Origin: an uncultured Clostridia bacterium
GTDB taxonomy: Bacteria > Bacillota > Clostridia > Oscillospirales > QAMX01
DNA: 64,000 nt
Assembly (NCBI GenBank): GCA_944376195.1
Contig: CALWBW010000001.1
Location: 17,043 to 81,042 of the forward strand
Direction of reading: 5' to 3'
Shown here piece after piece: positions 63,140 to 64,000 of the stretch (positions are counted from its first letter, which is position 1; each line of letters begins with the position of its first letter). Both the position numbers and the translations under genes were made by a program. The notes beneath the pieces are model-generated. The model made no database searches. It had not been told where the DNA came from and saw only the letters and a list, made by a program, of their open reading frames with translations.

Positions 63140-64000
63140 TTATAGCGTAACGCGATAAAGAACCCAATCGTTCAATTCAAATCTCTCACAAATTGTAAAA
63201 CCGGCTTCCTCCAGCTGCTCTGCAACTTCTGCGGCTCTGGGGCCGATAATGCCGGATGTAATCAGCGTTCCACCCGGCCTTAAGCAGCGGTGAAACAGCG
63301 GCCGCATGGCAATGATGACGTCTGCGACAATATTGGCCGCGATGAAATCATATGGTTTTGCAGCGATAGCGTCAGCCAAACGGGAGTCGGAAATCGCGTT
63401 TCCGCAAAACGTACGGAATGACGAGTCCGAGAAGCCATTACGTGCAAGATTTTCGCGGGTGGTGGTGATACAATGCTCGTCAATATCGACGCAGGTGACG
63501 TGCGCTGCACCGAGAAGGAGGGCAGCAGCGGAAAGAATTCCGCTCCCACAACCCATATCCAACACGTGATCGCCCGGTTTGACCAACTTTTCAATGCAGG
63601 ACAAGCAAAGCTTTGTGGTCTCATGGGAGCCGGTACCAAAAGAGGATGAAGGATCAATTTCCAACACAACGCGGTGTTCCTGATTTTCACAAGTTTCCCA
63701 CGATGGTTTAATGAGTAATTTATCACCTACCGGGAATGGCTTAAAATATTTTTTATACTCGTTTACCCAGTCTTCGTCATGCACGTTTTGAAAATCTACG
63801 GTCAAGTCGCCCAGTTTTTTTGAAACATCGTGTATGCGTAATTCGTCTAATTTCCGAAGGATGTTTTGAAGAGTTGTACGTCCTTGCTCGTTGTTGACAA
63901 GATAAATTTTAATAATCGTCGGTGCGTCGAGCAGCTTCATAAGAGATTCATCTACGTAATCCCAATGAGGCGTAACGGTTTCCAGAAATTCAGTAAAATC
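63140..64000 (-). CDS. prmA: Ribosomal protein L11 methyltransferase, N-terminus cut by the window edge
   Basis: The motifs are VLDMGCGSGILS and ANIVADVI. The reading frame stays open upstream of the track Met (63940) to the window end, so the true start lies outside the window. Confidence 0.85.
   Translation of the reverse strand, partial: DFTEFLETVTPHWDYVDESLMKLLDAPTIIKIYLVNNEQGRTTLQNILRKLDELRIHDVSKKLGDLTVDFQNVHDEDWVNEYKKYFKPFPVGDKLLIKPSWETCENQEHRVVLEIDPSSSFGTGSHETTKLCLSCIEKLVKPGDHVLDMGCGSGILSAAALLLGAAHVTCVDIDEHCITTTRENLARNGFSDSSFRTFCGNAISDSRLADAIAAKPYDFIAANIVADVIIAMRPLFHRCLRPGGTLITSGIIGPRAAEVAEQLEEAGFTICERFELNDWVLYRVTL

Noticed and set aside
1-64000. Search for CRISPR arrays, IS elements or transposases, integrases, prophage genes, toxin-antitoxin pairs and known defence-system signatures
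   Set aside because: I saw no direct-repeat/spacer arrays, no DDE or serine/tyrosine recombinase motifs, and no phage structural genes. The only SF1 helicase (7346-9532) fits HelD architecture and has no nuclease or methylase partner.

Overview
This looks like a chromosomal segment from a spore-forming Firmicute of the class Clostridia. That call rests on gene content and order only: spoIVA, a SipL/SpoVID-like LysM protein, a spoVM-like mini-ORF, ytvI, cdaA-cdaR, and the yicC-remA-rpoZ-priA-def-fmt-rsmB-rlmN-stp-pknB-rsgA array. No species call is possible.

The left third (about 1-24 kb) is accessory-looking:
- two different heterodimeric ABC exporter pairs
- a cytoplasmic beta-helix protein
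- a HelD-like helicase
- an ECF sigma/anti-sigma operon led by a small secreted His-rich repeat protein
- a run of small-molecule-modifying enzymes: two GNATs, a class I methyltransferase behind a structured leader, D-lactate dehydrogenase, a VOC/glyoxalase, an MBL hydrolase and AAC(3)
- an XRE regulator whose C-terminal domain is duplicated as a stand-alone gene next to the second ABC pair

The centre and right are mostly housekeeping genes on the + strand: tRNA-Pro(GGG), a MinD-like ATPase, mgsA, hisS, aspS, lrgAB-like genes, cdaA/cdaR, the translation and cell-cycle cluster, sporulation morphogenesis genes, hom, glyA, uppP, ftsK and prmA.

I found no CRISPR array, rRNA, transposase, integrase or recognisable defence system. 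The most interesting candidates are:
1. the His-rich secreted protein / ECF sigma / anti-sigma module
2. a tightly packed run of an RseC-like protein, a DUF5685-like protein, a J-domain protein with a cysteine string, and a membrane protein
3. the XRE regulator, stand-alone paralog domain and ABC exporter locus
4. a 23-codon spoVM-like gene missing from the ORF track, next to sipL-like and spoIVA
5. a promoter, 10-codon mini-ORF and terminator-like hairpin leader upstream of a methyltransferase
6. an orphan promoter-to-terminator unit that could encode a small RNA

All family assignments come from motif recognition by eye. No database searches were run.
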